DNA of 64,000 nucleotides from an uncultured Solirubrobacteraceae bacterium. Lineage in GTDB: Bacteria; Actinomycetota; Thermoleophilia; Solirubrobacterales; Solirubrobacteraceae. Position 1 is the first letter of the stretch. Every line of letters starts with the position of its first letter. The translations under genes and the position numbers were made by a program. Under the pieces are notes generated by a model, which saw only the letters and a program-made list of their open reading frames with translations, had not been told where the DNA came from and did no database searches. This document shows, piece by piece, positions 1 to 8,396 of the stretch. The stretch is from assembly GCA_963745375.1 (NCBI GenBank), contig CAVUXA010000005.1, positions 205,909 to 269,908 of the forward strand, given 5' to 3'.

Positions 1-100
1 CGCGCTCGCAGCCTGGACCTCTCGCTCCGAGAGCGGTAGATCGCGTCAGGGCAAAGCTCCTGCACAGCGGCAGATTTCACGTCGAGCCAGATCGCCGCGA

Positions 101-129
101 ATGGGCAGCGGAGTCGAGCTGCTGCCCAT
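101..129. repeat. Inverted repeat ATGGGCAGC-N11-GCTGCCCAT, putative integrase arm-type or accessory site
   Basis: Read directly; same core and spacing as 53792-53820. Confidence 0.7.
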
Positions 130-186
130 ACGAGGCTCTGCGGGCACGGCAGACGCCAGCCGGGAGCGTTCGTGAGGTGCGGCCCG

Positions 187-441
187 TCACTTGGAGGCGT
201 GCTTGTCTCGTTCGACCTCGGCTACCGCGTCGGCGAGTTGGTGCAGGTCTGCTCCGAGGGCATCGAGGAAACGCAGGACCGTGTGCCAGCGAACGCCGCG
301 CCGACCTCGCTCGACTTGGGAGACGTAGGTGGAGTGGATGTCGAGTTGCGCAGCCAGTTCGTCCTGGGTCAACTGCGCGCGCTCGCGAAGGCTTTGGAGT
401 GCCCGACCGAGCACGAGCTGATCTTTGGCCGCGTCTCGCAC
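187..441 (-). CDS. XRE-family HTH transcriptional regulator
   Basis: LRERAQLTQDELA...STYVSQVERGRR HTH_3 pattern. Confidence 0.88.
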   Translation of the reverse strand: MRDAAKDQLVLGRALQSLRERAQLTQDELAAQLDIHSTYVSQVERGRRGVRWHTVLRFLDALGADLHQLADAVAEVERDKHASK

Positions 442-630
442 CTAAGCACTTTTAGTCAGGTTGAGCTACCATGTTGGGGTCCAAACATAGTGCCCCCGCG
501 CTGCGCAAACAGCCGGGGGCGTGGCCCCGTAGGGATTAGCTACGGCGCGCGGGCAACGCTACCGGACCCAAAGCGCTGCACGAACGCTGCAAAGCACCTC
601 CGGCGCCTCCGACGACAGGAGGAACCGACG

Positions 631-1293
631 ATGAGCAATACCGAGACAGTGGCCGATTCGCTCGTGCTGGCAGCGATCGACCGGGCCGAACGCCACAACC
701 CCGCCCGTCTATCCGGTGTGCCGGTGTGGCGGGTGTATGAGCACCTGTCCATCGCCAAGCGCTCAGAGCTGGCCCGGCATGTCCGGGCTCAGCTCGACGC
801 GCTGGAGGCGGCAGGCTCGATCGTGCGCTCACGCCGCCAAGGAGTGCAGACGTGGGCGCTGACGAGCAGCGGGCGCCGACGCCTTGCCCGAGCACGCCGC
901 GCCGGCCACCTGCCACCGCTGCCAGAGTCGCCACAGCACCGCGCGTGGCGGGACGCGAGGACGGTCGCCGCACAGGAGATAGACGGCTTTCTCGTGAGCG
1001 TGCGCGAGGGCTTGGACGATGCAATGTGTCTACTCGACGCGGACCCCGCCGCCACGTCGGATGCGTGGTTTGAGCTTGGCGAGCGTCTACACCGCGACTG
1101 CCGGCGCGTGGGCTCGGCGATCCACTGCCTGCATGAGTGGAGCGAGCCGGATGACGCGCGCGCGGACGTTGACGATCGCCATGACGCGGCTGATCGGCGA
1201 TTCGACCCGGACGAGCGCGCGAAGCGCCGCGCTCGACGCACTGGCAGGCGCAACGTCGCGCATTGGGGCACGCCAGATCGGGAGGCGAAGTGA
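631..1293 (+). CDS. Hypothetical protein with possible N-terminal winged helix
   Basis: AGGAGG RBS before ATG 631; LDALEAAGSIVRSRRQGVQTWALT resembles a wHTH wing; TGATG coupling to the next gene. Confidence 0.65.
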   Translation: MSNTETVADSLVLAAIDRAERHNPARLSGVPVWRVYEHLSIAKRSELARHVRAQLDALEAAGSIVRSRRQGVQTWALTSSGRRRLARARRAGHLPPLPESPQHRAWRDARTVAAQEIDGFLVSVREGLDDAMCLLDADPAATSDAWFELGERLHRDCRRVGSAIHCLHEWSEPDDARADVDDRHDAADRRFDPDERAKRRARRTGRRNVAHWGTPDREAK

Positions 1294-1823
1294 TGGCCGG
1301 GTACGACCAGGAGCAGCAACAGCAGTTGATCGCGTTCGGGCGCGGGGTGCGCGAGCTGCGCGTCGAGCGGAACATCAGCGCGAGCGAGCTTGCCGCGGCG
1401 GCAGGAGTCACACCGCGGCGCCTGGAGGCGATCGAAGCAGGCCGACTGGACCCGCCCTATGACGTGATGCTCGGGCTCGCTACTGGCCTTGACATCACGC
1501 TCACGGCGCTCGTGAGCCGTGCCGCCGAACTACGCACCGCGATCGGGACACTCCAGGCAGACGGCGTGCTGCTGCACTGGACGATCGACGTTGAGGCCGA
1601 CGCCGCGGTCATCACGTTCACGCCGGCCAACATGCTCGACCAGCAGGCGCTGGAGGACACCATGATCGCCGTCGAGCGCATCCTCGATCAGCGGGTCGCT
1701 TGCGGCGCGTCGGCCAGCGCGAACCTCCAGACCGGCTGCATCGAGGGCGACATCAATCTCGACGGCATCACCGCGGCCGAGCTGGCGCGCAAGCTCACAG
1801 CACTGGAAGGAGGCGATGCGTGA
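1293..1823 (+). CDS. XRE-family HTH protein with C-terminal extension
   Basis: FGRGVRELRVERNISASELAAAAGVTPRRLEAIEAGRLDP; TGATG-coupled on both sides. Confidence 0.8.
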   Translation: MAGYDQEQQQQLIAFGRGVRELRVERNISASELAAAAGVTPRRLEAIEAGRLDPPYDVMLGLATGLDITLTALVSRAAELRTAIGTLQADGVLLHWTIDVEADAAVITFTPANMLDQQALEDTMIAVERILDQRVACGASASANLQTGCIEGDINLDGITAAELARKLTALEGGDA

Positions 1824-3190
1824 TGGCACGCCCAGCTACCGGCCAAGTGATCGTGGACCCGCGCAGGCGCAGCCCGACGTTCGGCCTGCGCTTTCGCGCC
1901 TACGGCCGACGCGAGTACGTCGCGCTCGGGACAGCAGCAGAAGGATGGACGCGAGCGAAGGCACAGACGGAGCTACAGAACGTCCTCGCCGACGTGCGGC
2001 GCGGCATCTGGCGCCCTCCTGCGCCCGAGCCAGCTCCCGAGATCCACCAAGACCCGACCTTCCATGAGTTCGCCTCACAGTGGTTCGAGTCCACAAAGGG
2101 AGAGTGGCGGGAAAAGACGCGGCTCGACTACGAATGGCAGCTCTCAAGACATCTGCTGCCCTTCTTCAAGAGCCATCAACTGTCGCAGATCACGATTGCA
2201 GAGGTCGATCGCTACAGGCAGTCCAAGGTGGCAGAAGCCCGAGCGATCCAAGCCGCCGCAGCCAAGGGCGAACCCCAGACCGATGCGTACACGGACAAGC
2301 ACGGACGCACACGCAAGCGGTCACGCCGCGCCCTGTCGGTCACGTCGATCAACAAGACGATCACGCGCCTCGGGCAGATTCTGGAGGTCGCCGTCGAGTA
2401 CGGGCTGATCGCAGCAAACCCGGCCAAGGGGCGCCGGCGCCGATTGAAGCCGCAGAAGGCGGCTCCCGTGTGGCTCGATCGCGCCGAGCACATCGAGGCG
2501 CTGCTCGATGCTGCCGGCGGACTCGACCACCACGCCAAGGCGAAGGGAGGCCACGACCAGAAGGGCGGACTCGTCTACCGGCGGGCGCTGCTCTCGACGC
2601 TCGTCTTCGCCGGCCTGCGGATCGGGGAGTTGACCGCGCTCCAATGGCGAGACATTGACCTCGCCGGCAACCGGCTTACCGTGCGCGCATCGAAGACCGA
2701 CGCCGGGATGCGACAGGTGGACCTACTGCCTGCGCTGCACGACGAGCTGGCCGCGTACAAGGCGCAGGCCCCGAGCACCAACCCGAGCGGATTCGTATTC
2801 ACCACCGCGGCCGGCTCCGAGCTGATCCAGGGCAACATCCGTCGGCGCGTACTCGACAAGGCCGTGACAACGGCCAACGAGAAGCTGATCGAGGCGGGAG
2901 AGGTTCCATTGCCAGAGGGTCTGACGCCGCACAAGCTGCGCCACACCTTCGCGTCGATCCTGGTCGCGCTCGGAGTCGATCCTGGCAGCGTCATGGACCA
3001 ACTCGGGCACACGGACCCCGGCTTCACCCTGCGCGTCTACCGCCACGGGATGCGCCGCGACGGCGCCGCCAAGGAGCACCTGCGAGCGCTTGTCGGGGGA
3101 GCTGAATGGGCAGCAATGGGCAGCAGCGAGGCGCAGACGCCTTGGACCGAGCTTGCGGCGAGCAACGGGCAGCGCCTAAAAGCCGCTTGA
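1823..3190 (+). CDS. Tyrosine recombinase/integrase
   Basis: Catalytic set present: GLRIGE (R), SKT (K), HKLRH (HxxR), LGH, VY; N-terminal arm-binding-like and SAM-like regions. Confidence 0.95.
   Translation: MARPATGQVIVDPRRRSPTFGLRFRAYGRREYVALGTAAEGWTRAKAQTELQNVLADVRRGIWRPPAPEPAPEIHQDPTFHEFASQWFESTKGEWREKTRLDYEWQLSRHLLPFFKSHQLSQITIAEVDRYRQSKVAEARAIQAAAAKGEPQTDAYTDKHGRTRKRSRRALSVTSINKTITRLGQILEVAVEYGLIAANPAKGRRRRLKPQKAAPVWLDRAEHIEALLDAAGGLDHHAKAKGGHDQKGGLVYRRALLSTLVFAGLRIGELTALQWRDIDLAGNRLTVRASKTDAGMRQVDLLPALHDELAAYKAQAPSTNPSGFVFTTAAGSELIQGNIRRRVLDKAVTTANEKLIEAGEVPLPEGLTPHKLRHTFASILVALGVDPGSVMDQLGHTDPGFTLRVYRHGMRRDGAAKEHLRALVGGAEWAAMGSSEAQTPWTELAASNGQRLKAA
3103..3125 (+). repeat. 23-bp tandem motif TGAATGGGCAGCAATGGGCAGCA, putative arm-type site
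   Basis: Identical to 58154-58176; a degenerate extra copy lies at 3162-3173. Confidence 0.75.
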
Positions 3191-3210
3191 ACACAGGGCT
3201 TTCAGGCTGA

Positions 3211-3282
3211 TGCCCCCGCCAGGAGTCGAACCTGGATTTACCGCTTAGGAGGCGGTCGTCTTATCCATTGGACTACGAGGGC
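3211..3282 (-). tRNA. tRNA-Arg(CCT)
   Basis: Cloverleaf; anticodon arm ACCGC-CTCCTAA-GCGGT; GGTTCGACTCC T-arm; no encoded CCA. Confidence 0.95.
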
Positions 3283-3384
3283 GTGGCCCGACCCGGCGGG
3301 CTTGGGGCCGACGGTAAGGCTAGACGCTCGCCGACCCGACGTCGCTCCCTGCCGACCCCCATCGTCGGTCGGGTGCCCGCCAGC

Positions 3385-3903
3385 TCAGTCAGGAGCCTCT
3401 GCCGCCAGCCGCGCCAGCTGATCGCCCACCAGGCGGTGGGTAATCCATTCGCCCATCGTCTGCGCGCCCACGCGCCGGTAGAAGCCCAGCGCCAGCTCGT
3501 TCCAGTCGAGCGCCGCCCATTCCAGGCGCTCGCCGCCGCCCTCGCGCGTGCGCGCTGCCACCGCCGCCAGCAGCGCCCTGCCCACGCCCGCTCCACGGTG
3601 GGCCGGGCGCACGAACAGATCCTCCAGCCACACGCCCCGCTTGGCCAAGAACGACGAGAACGTGTCGAAGAACAGTGCGTAGCCAAGCACCTGCGAACCC
3701 TGTTCGGCGATCAGCGCCTGCGCCGCCGGGCGCTCGCCAAACAGCGCCTCACGCAGTTGCTCATCCGTCGCTTGCATCTCGTGCTCCAGGTGCTCGTACT
3801 CCGCCAGCTCGCCAAACAGACCAAGCAGCAGCGCCACGTCCTCGGGACCCGCCGCGCGGACGATCGGTGCAGCCGCGGGCTCATGCCCGGTGTCGTCGCT
3901 CAC
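3385..3903 (-). CDS. GNAT N-acetyltransferase (diamine acetyltransferase-like)
   Basis: WLEDLFVRPAHRGAGVGRALL, LDWNELALGFY. Confidence 0.9.
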   Translation of the reverse strand: MSDDTGHEPAAAPIVRAAGPEDVALLLGLFGELAEYEHLEHEMQATDEQLREALFGERPAAQALIAEQGSQVLGYALFFDTFSSFLAKRGVWLEDLFVRPAHRGAGVGRALLAAVAARTREGGGERLEWAALDWNELALGFYRRVGAQTMGEWITHRLVGDQLARLAAEAPD

Positions 3904-4490
3904 GCCGCCGTCCGGTCAGGGCGCTGCGGGTATACGTCGTCGATCGTCGTCAGCGCCACATACGGCGCGCCCGCCGCCCGTTCGATCGCCTCGCCGCCCC
4001 CCGCCAAGCGGTCCAGCACGCTGATCACGCCGCAGATCTCATGCTCCGCCTCCTGCAGCGCCTCGATCGCCGCCAGCGTCGAGCCACCCGTCGTCACCAC
4101 GTCCTCCACCACCACACAGCGGTCATCCGGTGCCAGCAGCGGACCCTCGATGCGGCGCTGCAGGCCGTGCGTCTTTGCGTCCTTGCGCACGAAGAACGCC
4201 TTCGCGCGCGCGCCGCCCGCCAGCGCAGCGCACGCCACCGGGTCCGCGCCCATCGTCATGCCGCCCACCGCCGTGCCCTGCCAGTCGCCCACCTGCGCCG
4301 CCACCAGCGCGCCCAGCGCAGCAAAGCCCTGCGGGCGCAAGATCGCGCGCTTGGCGTCCACGTAGTACTGCGCGCGCGCGCCGCTCGTCAGCGTCACCTC
4401 GCCGATCACCAGCGCATGCTCGCGCAGCTGCGCTACCAGCAGCTCGCGCGCCAGCGTCAAATCACTCGTATATCCGTCCAATGTGTCCAC
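3900..4490 (-). CDS. pyrE: Orotate phosphoribosyltransferase
   Basis: TLTSG..YYVD, VRKDAKTHG, VVEDVVTTGGS PRPP motif. Confidence 0.93.
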   Translation of the reverse strand: MDTLDGYTSDLTLARELLVAQLREHALVIGEVTLTSGARAQYYVDAKRAILRPQGFAALGALVAAQVGDWQGTAVGGMTMGADPVACAALAGGARAKAFFVRKDAKTHGLQRRIEGPLLAPDDRCVVVEDVVTTGGSTLAAIEALQEAEHEICGVISVLDRLAGGGEAIERAAGAPYVALTTIDDVYPQRPDRTAA

Positions 4491-4535
4491 TTCGCGACGT
4501 AATCTAGCGGGCAGCTTCCGACGTCATTAAGCGCC

Positions 4536-4889
4536 GTGATCTCTACGTTCGTGAAACTGCTCAGGGTCGCCTCGCTGGTCATCTGCGCGATCGTCGTCGC
4601 CTCGTTTGTCACCTTCGCAGTCGAGCAGACCAAGAGCGCATCCGGCCATCAGCAGGCCGAGCTCAAGGGCGAAGTCGCGCCCGGCTCCGCCGTGAGCACC
4701 TCAAGCAAAGAGGGCAGCGTGCACAAAACGCTCGACGAAGCCTTCAATGAACTAACCTCCCCGTTTGCCAGCATCGTCTCGGGCTCCAGCAGCGAATGGG
4801 CCATCCGCGGCGTCAAGCTGCTGCTCGCACTGCTCGTCTACGGCTTCGGCCTTAGCTACCTCGCGCGCGTACTACGCGTCAGGGTTTAG
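4536..4889 (+). CDS. Hypothetical membrane protein
   Basis: Two hydrophobic segments; coding-like ORF. Confidence 0.65.
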   Translation: MISTFVKLLRVASLVICAIVVASFVTFAVEQTKSASGHQQAELKGEVAPGSAVSTSSKEGSVHKTLDEAFNELTSPFASIVSGSSSEWAIRGVKLLLALLVYGFGLSYLARVLRVRV

Positions 4890-4950
4890 CTCGGCCCGGG
4901 GCCATCGGCGCAGCGCGCGACCGCGTCCACGGGCAGCCGCACCCTCGCCG

Positions 4951-5994
4951 CTATGCGTACACGTCCACGCGCGTGCCCACGCCAACCCACGCGTAAATCG
5001 CCGCCGCGTCCGGGATCGGCACGCGCAGGCAGCCGTGGCTGGCCGCGTACGCCGGCACTTCCGCGTACCCGTGGATCGCGTAGCCGCGGATGAAATAGTT
5101 GGAGTCCACCATGCCCTTGCTGTTTTCCCCCGGCGTCTTCTCGTACACCTGAAAGCGCCCCAGCACCGTCGGCGTCGACTGCTTGCCCGAGCTCATCTCA
5201 TAGATCGTCCGCACGCGTCCCTGCGGTTCGATCTCCGCCAGCACCTGTTTTGACAGGTCCGCCTCCACGTGGCCGCCGTCGCCCGGGTAGCGCACGTGGA
5301 AGCGCCCAGCCCCGCGCGCCAGCTTTGCGAAGACCTGCTTGCCCGCATACGGGATGCGTTCCAGGCCCGTCATCTTGCGATATGCAATCAGCGCACGACC
5401 CGTCCCTTCTTCGAATGAGCCCGTCAACGGCACCGCATAGTGCAGCGTGTCCAGCTCCGACTGCAGCACGCGCACCGACTGGCCCTGCGCCCCCTCACCC
5501 AGGTTGGGGTTTACAAAGTGCACGCCCTGCGAGCGCGCGCTGAACGCGCCCTGCTGGGCCGTCGCGTTGTGCGTCGCGCGGGCCTGCACCAGCCCCGCCC
5601 GAGCGCCTGTGAAAGCCACATGGAACTGGCCCTCGCCGTTGCCCACCGCCGCCACCGCTACCGATGCCGCCCGAACCTCGCGTCCGTCCAGATAGAAGCC
5701 CACCTTTACCGCCTGCCCGCCCACGTATGGCCACACGATCCCGCGCACCACGATCCGTCGGCCTACCAGCGCGAACAGCGGGCTGCCGCCAGCTTTCTGC
5801 ACAGCCAGCACCAGCCGGCCCGCCACCGGGCTCGGGGCCGCCGGGGATGCCGGAGCGGGGGAAGGCGCTGCGGGGGAAGGCGCAGAGGACGGTGCCGGAG
5901 AGGGCACCTGTGGCGATTGCCCCCGCGCTCTCGCCGGCGCCGCCGACGCGCCCAGCAGCGCCGCGCACATCATCGTTGCGCCAAGAGGCTTCAT
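4951..5994 (-). CDS. L,D-transpeptidase with peptidoglycan-binding domain
   Basis: Signal peptide; PG_binding-like region; YkuD motif AIHG...ASHGCLR. Confidence 0.88.
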   Translation of the reverse strand: MKPLGATMMCAALLGASAAPARARGQSPQVPSPAPSSAPSPAAPSPAPASPAAPSPVAGRLVLAVQKAGGSPLFALVGRRIVVRGIVWPYVGGQAVKVGFYLDGREVRAASVAVAAVGNGEGQFHVAFTGARAGLVQARATHNATAQQGAFSARSQGVHFVNPNLGEGAQGQSVRVLQSELDTLHYAVPLTGSFEEGTGRALIAYRKMTGLERIPYAGKQVFAKLARGAGRFHVRYPGDGGHVEADLSKQVLAEIEPQGRVRTIYEMSSGKQSTPTVLGRFQVYEKTPGENSKGMVDSNYFIRGYAIHGYAEVPAYAASHGCLRVPIPDAAAIYAWVGVGTRVDVYA

Positions 5995-6025
5995 CTGGCC
6001 CGAGATCGTATGCGCCAGGCGGGCG

Positions 6026-6928
6026 TCATGTGCCAGGGCGGGGCAACACAGCCGTGGATTCGATCAGGCCGATGCGCTTGAACGCCCACGCCAGCGCCGC
6101 TATCGCCAGCAGCGCCCCCACGATCAACACCGGGATCTGCCAGCCCCAGTCCTCCAGGCTCGAAAACGCCAGCGAGTTGTTCAACGAATGCGCCGCAATC
6201 GACGTATACAGCGAGCCCGTGTAGCGGTACAGCAGGCACAGCCCAAAACCCAGTCCCGCCAGCGGCACCAGGTCCAAAGCCGGCGCCGAGCCCGCGTGCA
6301 CACCGCCAAAGATGATCCCCGTAAGCAACGCCGCCGGCAGCGTCCCGTGCCAGTTGCGCAGCGCAGTGAAGATGTAGCCACGAAACAAGAACTCCTCGCA
6401 GATCGGTGCCACCACGCACGTCAGGCCTGCGCTCAACACCAGCAGGAGCGTCCCTTCGTTGGAGCCCAGCTGTTCCAGCAGCTTCTCCTTGCTCGGGTTC
6501 ACCGCTTCCGACCAAATCGCGCTGAGCACGATGAACACGATCAGCAGCAGTACGATCAGCCCGCCCGCCGACGCCCAGCTCACGCCAGGCGCGCGCAGCC
6601 CGAACTGCCACGAGCGCACCACACGCCCGCCCACGCGCGCGCAGTACACCGCCGCCACCACAAACGCCACGTCCTGCACCACCGTGTCCAGGATCGACAC
6701 CCCCGGCGGCGTGTGCGAGCTGGTGATCTTCACCCCAAACACCACCAGCGGAATGTCCACCACCAGCCCCCCCACCGCTGCAAGTACCAGCCCAGCGAGC
6801 AGCGCCACCGGCGCCATCCACGGCCGCCACAGCGTGTCTGGAGAGCGTCTGCGGTCGCCCTCCGACGGCTCCTCGCGCCGGGGCTCGACCTCCGGCGAGA
6901 GGTGTGGCGGAGCGATCGGGTTGTCCAC
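6026..6928 (-). CDS. CPBP (CAAX-like) intramembrane glutamic endopeptidase
   Basis: EEFLFRG, FGGVH, HSLNN motifs. Confidence 0.9.
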   Translation of the reverse strand: MDNPIAPPHLSPEVEPRREEPSEGDRRRSPDTLWRPWMAPVALLAGLVLAAVGGLVVDIPLVVFGVKITSSHTPPGVSILDTVVQDVAFVVAAVYCARVGGRVVRSWQFGLRAPGVSWASAGGLIVLLLIVFIVLSAIWSEAVNPSKEKLLEQLGSNEGTLLLVLSAGLTCVVAPICEEFLFRGYIFTALRNWHGTLPAALLTGIIFGGVHAGSAPALDLVPLAGLGFGLCLLYRYTGSLYTSIAAHSLNNSLAFSSLEDWGWQIPVLIVGALLAIAALAWAFKRIGLIESTAVLPRPGT

Positions 6929-8365
6929 CTACGCCACCCAGTGCCAGGTCGCAAACTGCGCCACAAATAGCGCCATCAGCGCACCCGACGCCACCAGCGC
7001 AGGCGTTTGCGCGCGCGGGCGCTCAGCCAGCCACGCCGCAAGCCAGATGCCCAGCGGGAACAGCACCAGCAGAAAGCGTGGCAGCGACATCAGCGGCTGG
7101 GCGCGCACCGGGTCCGACAGCGGTAGCGCAAGCGCCGCCACCACATACGCGCCATAGGCCAGCGGCAGCCTGCGCAGCACGCCCACCACCGCCGGCAGCG
7201 CCGCCAGCAGAAACCCCGCCAGCATCAGGTTGTGGCCCGCGTCCACAAACGGGCTGCCGCCCGCCGCCGCAAAGTACACATGCCTGCGCTGGAACGACAG
7301 CAGCTGACGCGCGCCGTCAAACGCCGCCTTCACGCCATCCCACGCGCCCGCGTACGGCCCCGCGAAGTGCCTGCCCCACACGTCCTGAGCGTGCAGCGGA
7401 GCCAGCGGATCACCGCCCGACAACCCCAAAAACGCCCCATACGCCACCACGCCCGCCGGCATCAGCAACAGCCACAGCGCATCCCTGCGCAGCGCATAAC
7501 GCGGCGCCAGCCTGCCCGCAAGTAAACGCACCGCCCGCGCCCGACCGCCACCTTCCCGCGCCCGTCCCGACCGGCGCAGCCGGTCTTCATAAAAATCTCG
7601 CGCCCTGTCCTCGCGCGGGCCATATAGGTAGATCATCAGCGCCGGCAACGCCAGCACCAGGCCCGTGCTGCGCGTCGCGCCCGCCAGCGCGCCCAGCACG
7701 CCCACCCACATCCAGCGTCCCCTGCGCGCGCACAGAAACAATCCCACCGACAGCGCCAGGTACAGCGACTCCGAGTACACCGCCGAGAAGAAGAATGCCA
7801 TCGGCGCAAGCGCCGTCAGCATCACCGCCAGGCGCGCCGCCACCGCCACGCGATCCGGGCGCGCCCCCGCGCGCGCCGTCAGCTCCAGCGTCGTCAGGCG
7901 ATGGATGCCGTACAGAGCCGCCGCCAGCGCCGCCAGCGACAGCGCAACCCCCGCCGCCACCGGCGGCGCGCCTAGCCACGCGATCGCCCGCAGGCCCAGC
8001 GGGTACAGCGGGAAGAACGCCGTGCGCGACGACGTAAACGCGCCCAATTCCGGGCGGTAGCCGTAGTGGGCGATCACCAGGTACCACGCCGCGTCCCAAC
8101 GCGCCGCCGGCGCCGCCAGCAGGTCGCCCAACCAGCCAAAGCCCCTCGTCACGCCCGGCGGATCAAACGCCGTGCGCGCCGGCCCAAAGCCAAACGCCAG
8201 CACCGTTCCCACCCCCGCCACCCACACCACCGCGCGCGAGATCCACAGCGCCCGCCAGCACTCGCGCAGCGCCGTCATGCGCTCCTCGTCCGCGCGCACG
8301 CGCGCCCACCAGCCCACTCTCGGCTCAAATGGGACCGCCAGCTCGCTCATGGTGTCGGAGCTCAT
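6929..8365 (-). CDS. GT-C mannosyltransferase (PIG-V-like)
   Basis: RWDAAWYLVIA..GY, AFFPLYP, YSESL; multi-TM. Confidence 0.85.
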   Translation of the reverse strand: MSSDTMSELAVPFEPRVGWWARVRADEERMTALRECWRALWISRAVVWVAGVGTVLAFGFGPARTAFDPPGVTRGFGWLGDLLAAPAARWDAAWYLVIAHYGYRPELGAFTSSRTAFFPLYPLGLRAIAWLGAPPVAAGVALSLAALAAALYGIHRLTTLELTARAGARPDRVAVAARLAVMLTALAPMAFFFSAVYSESLYLALSVGLFLCARRGRWMWVGVLGALAGATRSTGLVLALPALMIYLYGPREDRARDFYEDRLRRSGRAREGGGRARAVRLLAGRLAPRYALRRDALWLLLMPAGVVAYGAFLGLSGGDPLAPLHAQDVWGRHFAGPYAGAWDGVKAAFDGARQLLSFQRRHVYFAAAGGSPFVDAGHNLMLAGFLLAALPAVVGVLRRLPLAYGAYVVAALALPLSDPVRAQPLMSLPRFLLVLFPLGIWLAAWLAERPRAQTPALVASGALMALFVAQFATWHWVA

Positions 8366-8396
8366 GACGCTGCACGGTAATCTCGATGCTCACCAG

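Larger units (their letters stand above)
1..3282. mobile_element. Integrative element at tRNA-Arg(CCT); left boundary probably at or just outside the window start
   Basis: Intact tyrosine integrase ends 20 bp from the tRNA 3' end; two XRE genes; end motifs shared with the tRNA-Ile island; second att copy not seen in the window. Confidence 0.75.

Noticed and set aside
12-38. Weak similarity (CCTGGA...CGCT...GCGGT) to the tRNA-Arg sequence as a possible att site
   Set aside because: Too many mismatches in GC-rich DNA and no T-arm match.
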